DNA of 64,000 nucleotides from assembly GCA_963745235.1 (NCBI GenBank), contig CAVUXE010000015.1, forward strand, positions 128,001 to 192,000, in the 5' to 3' direction. The notes beneath the pieces were generated by a model. That model had not been told where the DNA came from. It did not search any database and worked only from the letters and a program-made list of their open reading frames with translations. Below are positions 10,303 through 20,136 of this stretch, piece after piece. The stretch's first letter is position 1. Each line of letters opens with the position of its first letter. Source of the DNA: an uncultured Spirochaetota bacterium (GTDB taxonomy: Bacteria; Spirochaetota; Spirochaetia; SZUA-6; Fen-1364). The translations under genes were made by a program, and so were the position numbers.

Positions 10303-10955
10303 GCAGCACGCACCACCGCGGCCAGCCCAACTGGGTGGGGAGAGAAGCGGCGAAGGCAGATCTGGGAGCCGACCGGGTCGTTTTGGAGAATCCTGACGTG
10401 GTCGGATCCCTGGACTCGAAACTTCGAGAGACATATCTCCCTTTCATCCGCGCTGAGCTGGAGAAGACGGGGTTCCCGTACCAGCCAGTGGAGAACGACC
10501 TTCACATAGATTCTCAGTGGATGGGGCCGTATCTCGCGCGGGCTCTGCCGTTCATGCTGTTCGACCATTTCGGCCAGCTCTTTATGCGGTGTACACTGCA
10601 GTGTTCCAGCCGCGGGCACCTTCTCGAGCGCGAATTTCATCTCGGACTTCCGGAGACAACAGACCCTCAGCTGCTGTTCCGAATACTCGGCGAACCGCGA
10701 TTCGGCGGATCCACGCCCTCGCTGACCATCGAACGGTCTGCTCTTCATCCTGAGTGGAACAGCTACTTCTGGATCGAGATTCATGCGGGCAGCGGAATCG
10801 AGCCTGGGCTGTGGACCCTGGACAATGCTGCGATGGGCAACATCGCGCAGACGATTCACGATTCATGCGAGATGTATGAGGTAGCGATGGTGGAAGGCCT
10901 CACTAGGCATGGAGGACGTCGAACGGTTCCTCGACATCGCCTGCCGTTCCTATGA
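10299..10955 (+). CDS. hypothetical protein
   Basis: 218-aa ORF translationally coupled to the upstream gene; no recognised motif. Confidence 0.55.
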   Translation: MSSTHHRGQPNWVGREAAKADLGADRVVLENPDVVGSLDSKLRETYLPFIRAELEKTGFPYQPVENDLHIDSQWMGPYLARALPFMLFDHFGQLFMRCTLQCSSRGHLLEREFHLGLPETTDPQLLFRILGEPRFGGSTPSLTIERSALHPEWNSYFWIEIHAGSGIEPGLWTLDNAAMGNIAQTIHDSCEMYEVAMVEGLTRHGGRRTVPRHRLPFL

Positions 10956-11119
10956 GTCGGGATAGCTCCGCGACGTTTCCGTCTGCCCGAAGTGTCGGTT
11001 CAGCGGGTCACGCACTGCCGTGACACACTATGCGGCAGCACGTGCGTGCCCGCCGCTGCGCTGGGCGCCCCGCTGCTGCACTTGACCGCCACGGCTACCA
11101 GGTGCCCCGTAGGCACAAA

Positions 11120-11270
11120 CCGCTACTCACTCACATGCTGCGCAATCACGCGGACCTTCGTCACATCCAGGCGATCCTCGGACATACGAGTCTTCGAAGC
11201 ACGCAGATCTACACACACGCTGACATCGAAGACCTCTCCGCTGTCGAACAGATTCGAGTCGTCTCGCTGA
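11120..11270 (+). pseudogene. C-terminal fragment of a XerC/D-type tyrosine recombinase
   Basis: THMLRNHADLRHIQAILGHTSLRSTQIYTH matches the LGH...T.IYT catalytic tyrosine box; N-terminal part absent. Confidence 0.8.
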
Positions 11271-11537
11271 TGAGTTCTGATTTCCTTCGGGCCCGTTCTG
11301 CACACAAGCAGATACAGGCCGCCGCTCCGTTCGAAGAAATGCAGAGGATTGATCTCGTGACCTGCTGCCGCGCCTACAACGAGTTCCTGAACCAGCTTGC
11401 GAAAGAACGGCACGCGAAGGAACGGTTGGTGTTCATCCGCACGACAGGTTCCTTGACTTACCCTATTCAATAGGGTATATTTCCCCTCGATAAAGTTGAT
11501 GAGGAAAGTGATCATAGAGGAGCCGCCCGTCCAAGGG

Positions 11538-11855
11538 ATGGAGAGGGAGTTCGTCGAGACCTTCGAGTTCCGCAAGCGCTGGAAGTCCTTGAAACTGGAC
11601 GACGACCTGCGCGCCCTCCAGGACACGTTGTGCGCCGACCCCCAGGTGGGGGACCTGATACAGGGCACGGGCGGTGTTCGGAAGGCGCGGCTGGAGTTGC
11701 AGGGGAGGGGAAAGTCGGGAGGCTCGAGGGTCGTTTACGTCGACTTCGCCGTCGAGGAGCACGTATATTTGATCTCGGTCTTTGCGAAGAACGAGCAGGG
11801 CAACCTGACCGCGAAGCAAAAGAAGGAGATCAGGGACTTCGTGAAGAGCCTTTGA
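11538..11855 (+). CDS. type II toxin, RelE/ParE superfamily (HigB2-like)
   Basis: GDLIQGTGGVRKAR...GKSGGSRVVY...FAKNEQGNLT. Confidence 0.9.
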   Translation: MEREFVETFEFRKRWKSLKLDDDLRALQDTLCADPQVGDLIQGTGGVRKARLELQGRGKSGGSRVVYVDFAVEEHVYLISVFAKNEQGNLTAKQKKEIRDFVKSL

Positions 11856-11875
11856 CTAGACTAAGGGGTGTTGCC

Positions 11876-12202
11876 ATGGCCAAGAAGAACGAGTACTTCG
11901 ATAGTATCATGCAGGGCCTCAAGGAGGTGAAGGCCCACAGGGAGGGCAAGATCAGGCTGCCGACCACGAGGCTGGTGATCAAGCCCGTGCCCACCTACAC
12001 CGCGAAGAAGGTCAAGGAACTGCGCAAGGAGCTGAGGCTCGCCCAGTCGGCTTTCGCTGTGGTCTGCGGCGTGTCCGTCAAGACCGTTGAGGCCTGGGAG
12101 GCGGGGACGAACACTCCCAGCGGGGCAGCCAGCCGCCTGTTCCAGATCATCGAGAAGGACCCCGCTCTCGTGACCCGAGCAGGGATCCTCATCGTCTCCT
12201 GA
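11876..12202 (+). CDS. XRE HTH antitoxin (HigA-like)
   Basis: VKELRKELRLAQSAFAVVCGVSVKTVEAWEAGTNTPSG; toxin-first gene order. Confidence 0.9.
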   Translation: MAKKNEYFDSIMQGLKEVKAHREGKIRLPTTRLVIKPVPTYTAKKVKELRKELRLAQSAFAVVCGVSVKTVEAWEAGTNTPSGAASRLFQIIEKDPALVTRAGILIVS

Positions 12203-12496
12203 GACCGACTGGATAGGCCATTGGTTTTTCCAGATGGCTGCAGCGGCGCCCAAGTGAGTACCGTAACTGACTATCCTTCAACGACTTTCTGAGTCTGCCT
12301 TTGCTCGCCGACCATCACCAACACCTGTGGTGATGCTGAAGATTGCAATCGGCGGAACGTTTGTCCTTGCCCGTGGTGGCTACCAGGAATCCTTTACGGC
12401 GTGCTCAGTGGCAAAGGACAATTTTGACTCCGAGGCAAAGCTTGGCCACCTTTTCAATGGTTCTACTCCCAATCGGATCGAAAGGAGATTGGCAAC

Positions 12497-13213
12497 ATGA
12501 GGTTCACAAGAGTTTTCATGTGCGTACTTTTCTGCGCCGCGTCGGTAGCAGCTTTTGCAATGGGATGCGGGGAACAGCCCGTGACAGGTCTGGTGGGCAA
12601 CGTTCTGCCGCGCCCGTCTCCTGCCGCCGACTTCACTCTCATCGACCAAAACGGTGCGGCCTTTCGCATGGCAGACACCAGGGGCAAAGTCGTCGTGATG
12701 GCTTTCCTCTACACGCACTGCACTGACGTCTGTCCTTTCGAAGCCGTCAAGGTGAAGGATGCATTCTCTCAACTGGGCGGCGACACCAGCAGAATGGTCT
12801 TTGTAGTGGTGACGACAGATCCGAAGAGAGACAGCCCTCCCGTGTGCGCAGCCTACAGCAAGAAGCTTGGCATGCTCGACTCGTGGCGTTTCGTTGGTGG
12901 GCCTGCCGCGACAGTCCACAAAGTGTGGGCCGACTATGGGATAGGTGTGACGGTCGATCCTGGCACGGATGCTGTCGCGCCAAATGAGCAAGCCCCTTCT
13001 CCGAGTGAACGGGGACTCCTGACTGGCCTTTCATCCTCCGACCTTGGCTTGGCTGGGGAGATAGTGCAACAATTTGGAGGCGGTTACGATGTTGGTCATT
13101 CCGCTCCCTTCTGGTTCGTAGACAAGAAAGGGAAAATACGGGTTGAACTTGGCGGCGATGCGACCCCAGCGGATATCGTGAAGGACGTTCGCGTCCTTCT
13201 GGCGTTGAATTGA
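12497..13213 (+). CDS. SCO1/SenC family copper chaperone (exported)
   Basis: DFTLIDQNG, FLYTHCTDVCP (CxxxCP), DPKRD, YDVGHS; N-terminal signal peptide. Confidence 0.9.
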   Translation: MRFTRVFMCVLFCAASVAAFAMGCGEQPVTGLVGNVLPRPSPAADFTLIDQNGAAFRMADTRGKVVVMAFLYTHCTDVCPFEAVKVKDAFSQLGGDTSRMVFVVVTTDPKRDSPPVCAAYSKKLGMLDSWRFVGGPAATVHKVWADYGIGVTVDPGTDAVAPNEQAPSPSERGLLTGLSSSDLGLAGEIVQQFGGGYDVGHSAPFWFVDKKGKIRVELGGDATPADIVKDVRVLLALN

Positions 13214-13496
13214 GATCGGGCGGCCAAGTTGAAGAAACGAGAGGAGGCTCCCATTCACACCTCGACGTCTACGCAGCCAGGGGCGGCCTTCATGATCTCA
13301 GCGGCGCGAAAAAGCCTCCAAACCAACTGGTCTCGGAACTCCCGCTTCGGATAGTGGAATGCGACCATTCGGCAGCTCATGCGTCATCCTCCACTCGACA
13401 GAGTGCGCAGTGTTTCGTGAAGTTAGACCCCTCGGGCTGCGCCGCTCAGGAGTCAGCAAATGAAAGAAAGCGGGCCGACCGATTGGGCGCTGGGCC

Positions 13497-13817
13497 TTAT
13501 CCGTCCTTGAAGGTCTCATAAACGGTCAGGTTGAACCCGCCCCGCAGAAACGGGTAACCCTGCGCGATTCCTATGGCCGCCTCCATCGAGTCGGCCCGGA
13601 TGACCATGTACCCGTTCACCGCCGCTGCCCTGGCTCCTCCAGTCACTTTCCCGTCGCTTGAAACGCCCTTCACGTTCCCCGTCAGCGCCGCCCCGCCATC
13701 GACAAGCGCGTTGCCGAGCCTGCCGAACCAGGCTGTCAGCTCCTTCATCGCGGCAGCCCGCTCGCCCACATCCCGTGAAACCCCGCCGCCGCTGGAAAGC
13801 AGAAGATACAGCTTCAT
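13497..13817 (-). CDS. YciI-like protein
   Basis: WFGRLGNALVDGG...GYMVIRADSMEAAIGIAQGYP. Confidence 0.75.
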   Translation of the reverse strand: MKLYLLLSSGGGVSRDVGERAAAMKELTAWFGRLGNALVDGGAALTGNVKGVSSDGKVTGGARAAAVNGYMVIRADSMEAAIGIAQGYPFLRGGFNLTVYETFKDG

Positions 13818-13831
13818 GGTTTCTACCTCCG

Positions 13832-14687
13832 TCATGACAAATGTGTCAGACGGCAGCGGACGCGTATTGTAAAAATGGGACACTGCGAGGGGAAAGGAAG
13901 ATCCTGCCGCGCGCGGAACTCTCCCGGCGCAAACCCGGTAAAGTGCTTGAATTGCCGTATGAAGTGGGCCTGGTCGTAGTAGCTTTCGTACAGTTCCTCG
14001 AGGGAGCGCGGCCAGTCTCCCGAGACTAGCCCCCGTGCGTACAGGTGCTGAAAGCGGACAATGGTTGCAAACGCCTTGGGACTCAGCCCAACGTGCTCAG
14101 AGAACTCCCTATCGAGATGACGCCGCGTCCATCCCACGCGATCGCTCAGCTCGTGGATACGAACTCCACCACGCGAGAGCTCGATTTCCCGCACGGCAAG
14201 ATCCACCGCGGGGCAGCGGTCGACGTCAGCGCGGCGCAGCAGCCGGATCAGGAACTCCTGCATCGCACGGACTCTGGCAGGAATCCCGGCAGTCTCGGCC
14301 ACCCTGGGCGGAAGGTCATCCCAATCACTCAAGGGAAGCTCGCTTGAGGAAACGAATGGATCCCGCAAGTTCGCCGAGCGGGAGCCCAAGGAAGCAGCGC
14401 GCCCCTGCGGGCTTGAATGTCACGCCCAGCATGCCGACGACTCCTGCGGCACTGATGGTGGAGGAGCTGGTAAGCTGACCCACGATCGAGCATGTTGACT
14501 CCGCGTGCAGGTAAGAGACGCCTCGGGTCGTGCTCGTCGGGGCGCCCCGGAAAGGGAGGATCAGTTTCATCTCGCCACTGGGAGCAATGAGCCGCAGATC
14601 ACCCGTTGGAAGAACGCCCTGGAAAATCCAAATCCTCACCAGGTATGGACGCAGGGCGCCATCAACAGGAAAGGTATGCAGCTGCAC
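13832..14687 (-). CDS. AraC-family regulator (N-terminal DUF6597-like domain), frameshift near 14350
   Basis: ALRPYLVRIW N-terminus; C-terminal RRHLDREFSEHVGLSPK...YYDQAHFIRQFKHFTGFAP. Confidence 0.8.
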
Positions 14688-14857
14688 TTCGCGTCTCCCG
14701 GTGGAAAGATACTTCCGCGCCGGAAGGGCAAACAAGCGTCGCGTCGCTCGACGGTCATGGATCCCAGGGACGCCTATGGAACCGGAGTCATCCGGGTGGA
14801 GTCAGAGGAAGAGAGCCGATGCGGGCGGTCGTTCCCCCAAGCGTTGATGGAGGCGGC

Positions 14858-15808
14858 TCAGTTTTCCGCCAGCACCTCGTCCTCCCGCTCGCGGAAGCAA
14901 CGCGCCGTCTGCTGCACCAGCTCGTCCAGCGCTTTCCCGTCCGGCTTCCCATACATCGCGGGGTAGGGGTCTCCCCCGGGCCCCAGCGGCTCAGGGGTCA
15001 CGTAGCGCCCTTCCGTGTTGAACCCGATCAGGTACAGCGCCCGGATGATGGTGTCCAGGTCCATGGACCCCATGCCCAGAGCCGTCCTGTTGCTGTCCGC
15101 CATGTGCAGGTTCACCAGCATGTCCCCCGCATCCACCAGCGCTTCCCCGATGTGGCTCTCCTCCGCCTGCATGTGGTACACGTCCCCGTTGATGTGCTTC
15201 ACCCCGGGGTGGCTCACCGCCGCAATGTACGCCTTGGCGGCTGCTATGGTATGCACAAGCGTCGTTTCCGCGGCCCGGATGGGCTCGATTGCCGCCTTCA
15301 CCTTGTGCTTCACGAAGAGGTCAGCGGCGAGGCGCAGGGTCTCCACGCTTCGCTCCAGCTCGCTTGCGTCGTAGGCTTGCGGCCTTCCCACGGCGGCAGG
15401 CACCACCAGGATGTAGCCGGCCCCCACCTCCGCGGCAAACGGCACCTCACGCTCCAGGTAGTCCACGGCCGCCTGGCGGTGGATGGCCCTGTTGCTGGAC
15501 AGGTCGTTGTCCGCGGAGAACATCCCGCAGATGCCCCCCACCGTGATCCCGTTGTCTCCCAGGATCTTCAGCGTTTCCTTTGCGCGGTAGCCCAGGGCAG
15601 GGCCGTAATGGTTGCCGTGCAGCTCGATGAAGCGGATGCCCGCCCGGGAAAGCCGCGCCGCGGAAGTGGACAAGGGCTCGATGCCGAAGCCCCAGTTGCT
15701 CCAGGACAGGCTCAGCTTCCGGGACAGACGCTCGGGATGCTTCTTTTTCAGCTCGAGAAATGACTGCCGTATCTTCTCTGATTTCTGCTGGTATGCCTGC
15801 AGCTTCAT
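14858..15808 (-). CDS. sugar-phosphate isomerase/epimerase (D-psicose/tagatose 3-epimerase-like TIM barrel)
   Basis: AIEPIRAAET, GDVYHMQAEE, NLHMADSNRTALGMGSMD metal-binding motifs. Confidence 0.85.
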   Translation of the reverse strand: MKLQAYQQKSEKIRQSFLELKKKHPERLSRKLSLSWSNWGFGIEPLSTSAARLSRAGIRFIELHGNHYGPALGYRAKETLKILGDNGITVGGICGMFSADNDLSSNRAIHRQAAVDYLEREVPFAAEVGAGYILVVPAAVGRPQAYDASELERSVETLRLAADLFVKHKVKAAIEPIRAAETTLVHTIAAAKAYIAAVSHPGVKHINGDVYHMQAEESHIGEALVDAGDMLVNLHMADSNRTALGMGSMDLDTIIRALYLIGFNTEGRYVTPEPLGPGGDPYPAMYGKPDGKALDELVQQTARCFREREDEVLAEN

Positions 15809-17016
15809 GATTTCACCTCTCTTGGTGTCTGGGGATTGTTCGGACCGAAATGCTGGAGAAAAACAAGGGGCTCCCACTTGCTCCTGTTCGTGATGCGCAC
15901 GCCTTCCGCGGCCGCCTTTTCGCTTACGAAATACTCATCACCTGAGAGCTGGCCGAACCTCAGCGTGCCGGCGGCTTCCGCCTCGTATTCACCGAACGCG
16001 CCGAATCCCTGGACGAGAATGCACCCGAAAGCCGCCGCATCTTTCACAACCGCTGTTCTTCCCGGGAGCACCGTCGTTTCCTTTGCCGCAATGTAGTCGT
16101 TTCCATACACGACCCACCGGGCGGAAACCCCCTCATCCTTCATGGCGCACGGAAGCGGCGGGCGGAAAAAGCGCTTTCGGTAGTGCGGGTCCACGTTTTT
16201 CTCCCAGTCCATGAGGCTCATGATGTAGTCGATGTCCTGCTTCCTGTTCTCCGGCACGTTTTCCACGAGGAACTCGCGGGGGTAGATCTCCCCGGAGGTG
16301 ACGTTTTCCTGGACAGAGTTGACGTCCGAGTTCCACTGGGGTTCATAGGTCAGGACAGATCCAGGGGCGTGCACGACCCCCGGTGGCGTGTACCATCCCG
16401 TTCCCAGCTCTATGCGATACGCACGCGAAAGCTCGGTTATCCGGTTGTCCCCCTTCTCATAGGCCAGGAGCCGCTCTTTGACCATTTCCCGTGTCACGTC
16501 GGGCTCGAAACCGAAGTAGGTGGCGGGAAAGGTCCCAAGATGGTTGTTGAGCTGGGGCGGGAAGTAGTACGCCTCCGGCTTCCCGATCCTTCCCACCCTC
16601 TGTGCCGCTGCATCGCCGAGATGGAGGTGATGGAACAGGGGCAGCGCAAAATCGAAGAACTTGGAGTACATGGGCCACGTTCCATACTTCTTCGCAAGGG
16701 CCTCTCCGATGAGACCGGCGCCCAACTCGGCAACGGCGTCCTTGAACAGGAACTTGTCTTCCAGCCGGTCGCTGGGCGCGACATAGCTCATGCCCTCATC
16801 AGGCGCGGCAAGGGGCCCGTTCATTGCGGGGATGACGGATGAGAACCACCTTTCCTTGATGGAACCGCGCGCTGTGCCCAGGGCGTAATAATCGTCAGGA
16901 TGCAGCCTCAGCCTGCGCCCTGCCTGGCTGAAGCGGCGCGGAACGAACGTGGGCGCCAGTCGGAGGACTCCCCCGCCCTTCTCGAACGCATTGTGAATGG
17001 CTTTTGTGCTGGTCAT
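15805..17016 (-). CDS. uncharacterised cupin / class I mannose-6-phosphate-isomerase-like protein
   Basis: KFFDFALPLFHHLH, GKPEAYYF, PGVVHAPGSVLTYEPQWNSD resemble PMI metal motifs. Confidence 0.7.
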   Translation of the reverse strand: MTSTKAIHNAFEKGGGVLRLAPTFVPRRFSQAGRRLRLHPDDYYALGTARGSIKERWFSSVIPAMNGPLAAPDEGMSYVAPSDRLEDKFLFKDAVAELGAGLIGEALAKKYGTWPMYSKFFDFALPLFHHLHLGDAAAQRVGRIGKPEAYYFPPQLNNHLGTFPATYFGFEPDVTREMVKERLLAYEKGDNRITELSRAYRIELGTGWYTPPGVVHAPGSVLTYEPQWNSDVNSVQENVTSGEIYPREFLVENVPENRKQDIDYIMSLMDWEKNVDPHYRKRFFRPPLPCAMKDEGVSARWVVYGNDYIAAKETTVLPGRTAVVKDAAAFGCILVQGFGAFGEYEAEAAGTLRFGQLSGDEYFVSEKAAAEGVRITNRSKWEPLVFLQHFGPNNPQTPREVKS

Positions 17017-17024
17017 GCTTTCTC

Positions 17025-18263
17025 CTATCTCGTGCCCGCGGAATCGATGATCCGGTTCAGGCTTTCCCGGTAATACGAAAACAGCGTGTAATGCACCTCC
17101 GGCGGGATGAAGTGGTCCCCAAAGGGGATATAGCCGCCGGTCTTCAGGACCTCCTGGACAGGCCGAAGGATCTCATCCACCCTGCCCTTTCCGCGGGCGA
17201 TCTCGGATTTCGGGATCCCTCCCATCATCCGCAGCGTGGGGAAGGTCTTGCGCACCTTCACAATGTCCATTCCGCAGTTCACTTCGAAGGGGTACATTCC
17301 CGTGACCCCGGCCTCCATGAACAGCGGGATGAGGCTGAAGCAGTCCCCGTCAGTATCAAGGAAGATGAGTGAGACGCCCTGGCTTTTGAAGAAATCCGTC
17401 ATGCGCTTTATATAAGGAAGAACGAACTCGCGGATCGTGGCGGGCGCGACCATGGAGCCGGATCCATAGGAGATATCCTCCCAGATCTGGACGTGATCCA
17501 CCTTCACCTCTTTCAGGACTTCCGAGTACACGGCAATCCAGAGGTTGGTGAAAGTATCCAGGATGTCATGCACGAGCTTCGGCTCCTGCAGGTAGCTCAC
17601 GAAGAGATTCTCATAGCCCATCAGGTGGGCAGGCGTTCCGAAAAATCCGTGCGGGTAGCCGCCAAGGGCAAGGGGGTAATCACGCTGGCGGTATTCACGC
17701 ACGAGCTCCGGCCAGTTGGCCGGAAAACGATTCCTGATGTCTTTCAGGGAAAGCCGCTCTTCCTTGAGCGTGTTCCAGCTTTTCCAGTCCGTGACGGGCC
17801 ATTTCGCACCGGAGGGCATGGTGGCTTCCTCCTTGAGGAGGATCCGCGTGACCCCGTCCACGTCCATGTAGACCAGCCGCTTTTCATCATCCTCATAGAC
17901 TTCCGCGTCAAACATGGGGCAGAACAGGAGGTTCACGTCCACCAGGCGCTGCGTCGCATCCATCCCGAACCGGGAGCGCACGTCGCTGTCCAGCGGGAAT
18001 CCCTGCGTGGGCCAGTACAGCCCGCCGGCCATGACAGGCATCCCCTTGGGGAGCCTCTTCCCGCGCAGGCGCGCCCATGCGCGGGTGTAAAGGTTCGCGG
18101 TCGGCGTGGTGATCTCGCACGGAATCTCTGGATATGCCAGGCGGGGCAGGCCTTCCGCGTACCACGTGTCCAGGGTTTCCCCCCAGTACCCGAACTCCCA
18201 CTTGACCGAGCGCACGTCACGGTCAAAGTCCATGACCTGCAGAAACCGCTCTCTCGTGTTCAT
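17025..18263 (-). CDS. uroporphyrinogen decarboxylase / MtaA-like superfamily protein
   Basis: MNTRERFL start, QIWEDISY, DTDGD, PFEVNCGMD, GGYIPFGDHFIPPEV. Confidence 0.85.
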   Translation of the reverse strand: MNTRERFLQVMDFDRDVRSVKWEFGYWGETLDTWYAEGLPRLAYPEIPCEITTPTANLYTRAWARLRGKRLPKGMPVMAGGLYWPTQGFPLDSDVRSRFGMDATQRLVDVNLLFCPMFDAEVYEDDEKRLVYMDVDGVTRILLKEEATMPSGAKWPVTDWKSWNTLKEERLSLKDIRNRFPANWPELVREYRQRDYPLALGGYPHGFFGTPAHLMGYENLFVSYLQEPKLVHDILDTFTNLWIAVYSEVLKEVKVDHVQIWEDISYGSGSMVAPATIREFVLPYIKRMTDFFKSQGVSLIFLDTDGDCFSLIPLFMEAGVTGMYPFEVNCGMDIVKVRKTFPTLRMMGGIPKSEIARGKGRVDEILRPVQEVLKTGGYIPFGDHFIPPEVHYTLFSYYRESLNRIIDSAGTR

Positions 18264-18278
18264 GGCATCCTCCCGCCG

Positions 18279-19052
18279 TCAGTGCGCGACGATGATCCGC
18301 GTGAGCTCTTCGGTCGTCGTGTCCTTTTTCAGCGTGTCCAGGATCTTCTTTCCATGGCTCAGCAGCGAGAACCGGTCAGCCACCTGGTAGGCGTGGTAGA
18401 TGTTGTGCGTGACAAGGACCACGGACATCCCCTCATCGCGAAGGCGCATGATGTGGTCAAGGAATGCCTGGGTCTCCCGCACCGAAAGCGCGCTGGTCGG
18501 CTCATCCAGGAGAAGCACCTTCTTCTTGAAGAACATGGCGCGGGCAATCGACACTGCCTGCTTCTGTCCTCCCGAAAGATGGCCGACTCTCTGGCCGGGA
18601 GACCTGATCCCTTCTATCGTGATCTCCTTCTCCAGCACGGACATTGCTTTTTCCTTCATGCTGCGGACTTTCATGAAGCCCAGGCGGTTGGTCTCCTCCC
18701 GGCCGCAGAAGATGTTGCGCGTGATGTCCATGACGTCGATGAGGTTCATGTCCTGGTAGATCGTCTCGATCCCGTGATCCATGGCGATCTTCGAGGTATC
18801 GAACCTGATCTGCTTCCCTTCCACCGTGATGGTCCCCTCGGTGGGCTGAAGGACTCCGGAAATGATCTTTATCAGCGTGCTCTTGCCCGCCCCGTTGTCC
18901 CCGACAAGGCCGACGATTTCCGCGGGATTGACCCAGAAGTCGACGTGATTCAGGGCCCGGATGCTTCCATAATCCTTGACGATCCCCTGCAGTGAAATGA
19001 AGGCTCCCCCGGGGGCACCCTGGCGCGGCGAGCTGATTGTGGCGTCCGACAT
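18279..19052 (-). CDS. sugar ABC transporter ATP-binding protein
   Basis: GDNGAGKST Walker A, LSGGQKQ signature, LLLDEPT Walker B. Confidence 0.95.
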   Translation of the reverse strand: MSDATISSPRQGAPGGAFISLQGIVKDYGSIRALNHVDFWVNPAEIVGLVGDNGAGKSTLIKIISGVLQPTEGTITVEGKQIRFDTSKIAMDHGIETIYQDMNLIDVMDITRNIFCGREETNRLGFMKVRSMKEKAMSVLEKEITIEGIRSPGQRVGHLSGGQKQAVSIARAMFFKKKVLLLDEPTSALSVRETQAFLDHIMRLRDEGMSVVLVTHNIYHAYQVADRFSLLSHGKKILDTLKKDTTTEELTRIIVAH

Positions 19053-19069
19053 GGCTGTCTCTCCTCCCG

Positions 19070-20053
19070 TCAATCTTTCTTCAGAAGCTGGTTCAGGATC
19101 GCGGCGAACACCACGATGACGCCGACGAACAGCTTGAGATATGCCCCAGGCGCCCTCAGGAGCAGCAGGAAATCCTGGATCGTGGACAGCAGCGCCGCCC
19201 CCAGGAATGCCCCGATCACGGAGCCCTGGCCGCCCATGAGGGCCGTCCCGCCGATCACGCTTGCGGCGATTGCCTGCAGCTCGAAGCCCTCCCCCTGGAT
19301 GGGGGACACCGATGCAACGCGCACCGTGCTCAGGATTCCGGAGAAAGCGGCAAGGGCGCCGGTAATGACGAATGCTATGATTTTCACCCGGTCAGGGTTG
19401 ATTCCCAGTGCAAGGGCCGCCATCCGGTTGCCTCCCACGGCAAAGAAGTGGTTCCCGATGCGGTGGCGCTCCAGGAGGAACCATGTCAGGACGGTGAGGC
19501 CCACCAGCCACACGAACTGGACCTGGATGGGACCGAGGTGGCTCGTGAAAATCCCCTCGAAGAGGCTGCCAGGGGCGAACCGCTCCGTGACGGACTGGGA
19601 GAGGACCAGGATCATGCCTCGCCAGAACATCATGGACCCGAGGGTGATGATGAAGGATGGGACCCGGGAGCGAACCGTGATGAAGCCGTTGAGCCAGCCG
19701 ATACCGGCCCCGACGGCAATCCCGATCAGGGCGGCGAGCCATACATTGGCCCCTGCGTTGAATACCTTGGCCATGCACAGCGCCGTGAAGGTGAATGTCG
19801 CGCCGACGGACAGGTCGAACTCCCCGGCAATCATGAGGAGGTTCACGCCCAGGGCAATGACGCCGACCTGCGGGATGTCCTTCAACAGCACCTGGATGTT
19901 CATGACGTCCAGGTACCGGAACTGTTCGGGGAAGATGAGCGCGAACACCACGGCGACGATCTGGATCGTGAAGAAAACGATGATGATATTGCCGATCTTG
20001 TGTCGTCGCAGGGCCGTGAGGCTGGCGCCGATTGATATGCTCTTTGCTGCCAT
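19070..20053 (-). CDS. sugar ABC transporter permease (RbsC-like)
   Basis: AGEFDLSVG, VPSFIITLG, AVGGNRMAA, ELQAIAASVIGGT. Confidence 0.95.
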   Translation of the reverse strand: MAAKSISIGASLTALRRHKIGNIIIVFFTIQIVAVVFALIFPEQFRYLDVMNIQVLLKDIPQVGVIALGVNLLMIAGEFDLSVGATFTFTALCMAKVFNAGANVWLAALIGIAVGAGIGWLNGFITVRSRVPSFIITLGSMMFWRGMILVLSQSVTERFAPGSLFEGIFTSHLGPIQVQFVWLVGLTVLTWFLLERHRIGNHFFAVGGNRMAALALGINPDRVKIIAFVITGALAAFSGILSTVRVASVSPIQGEGFELQAIAASVIGGTALMGGQGSVIGAFLGAALLSTIQDFLLLLRAPGAYLKLFVGVIVVFAAILNQLLKKD

Positions 20054-20136
20054 TGGGGATTCCTCTGGATCGATTGAAGCTGCGCGGCCTCCAGGCGGGC
20101 CCCCGGCCGATGCCTGTCGGGCCGCGCGCTCCGTTA

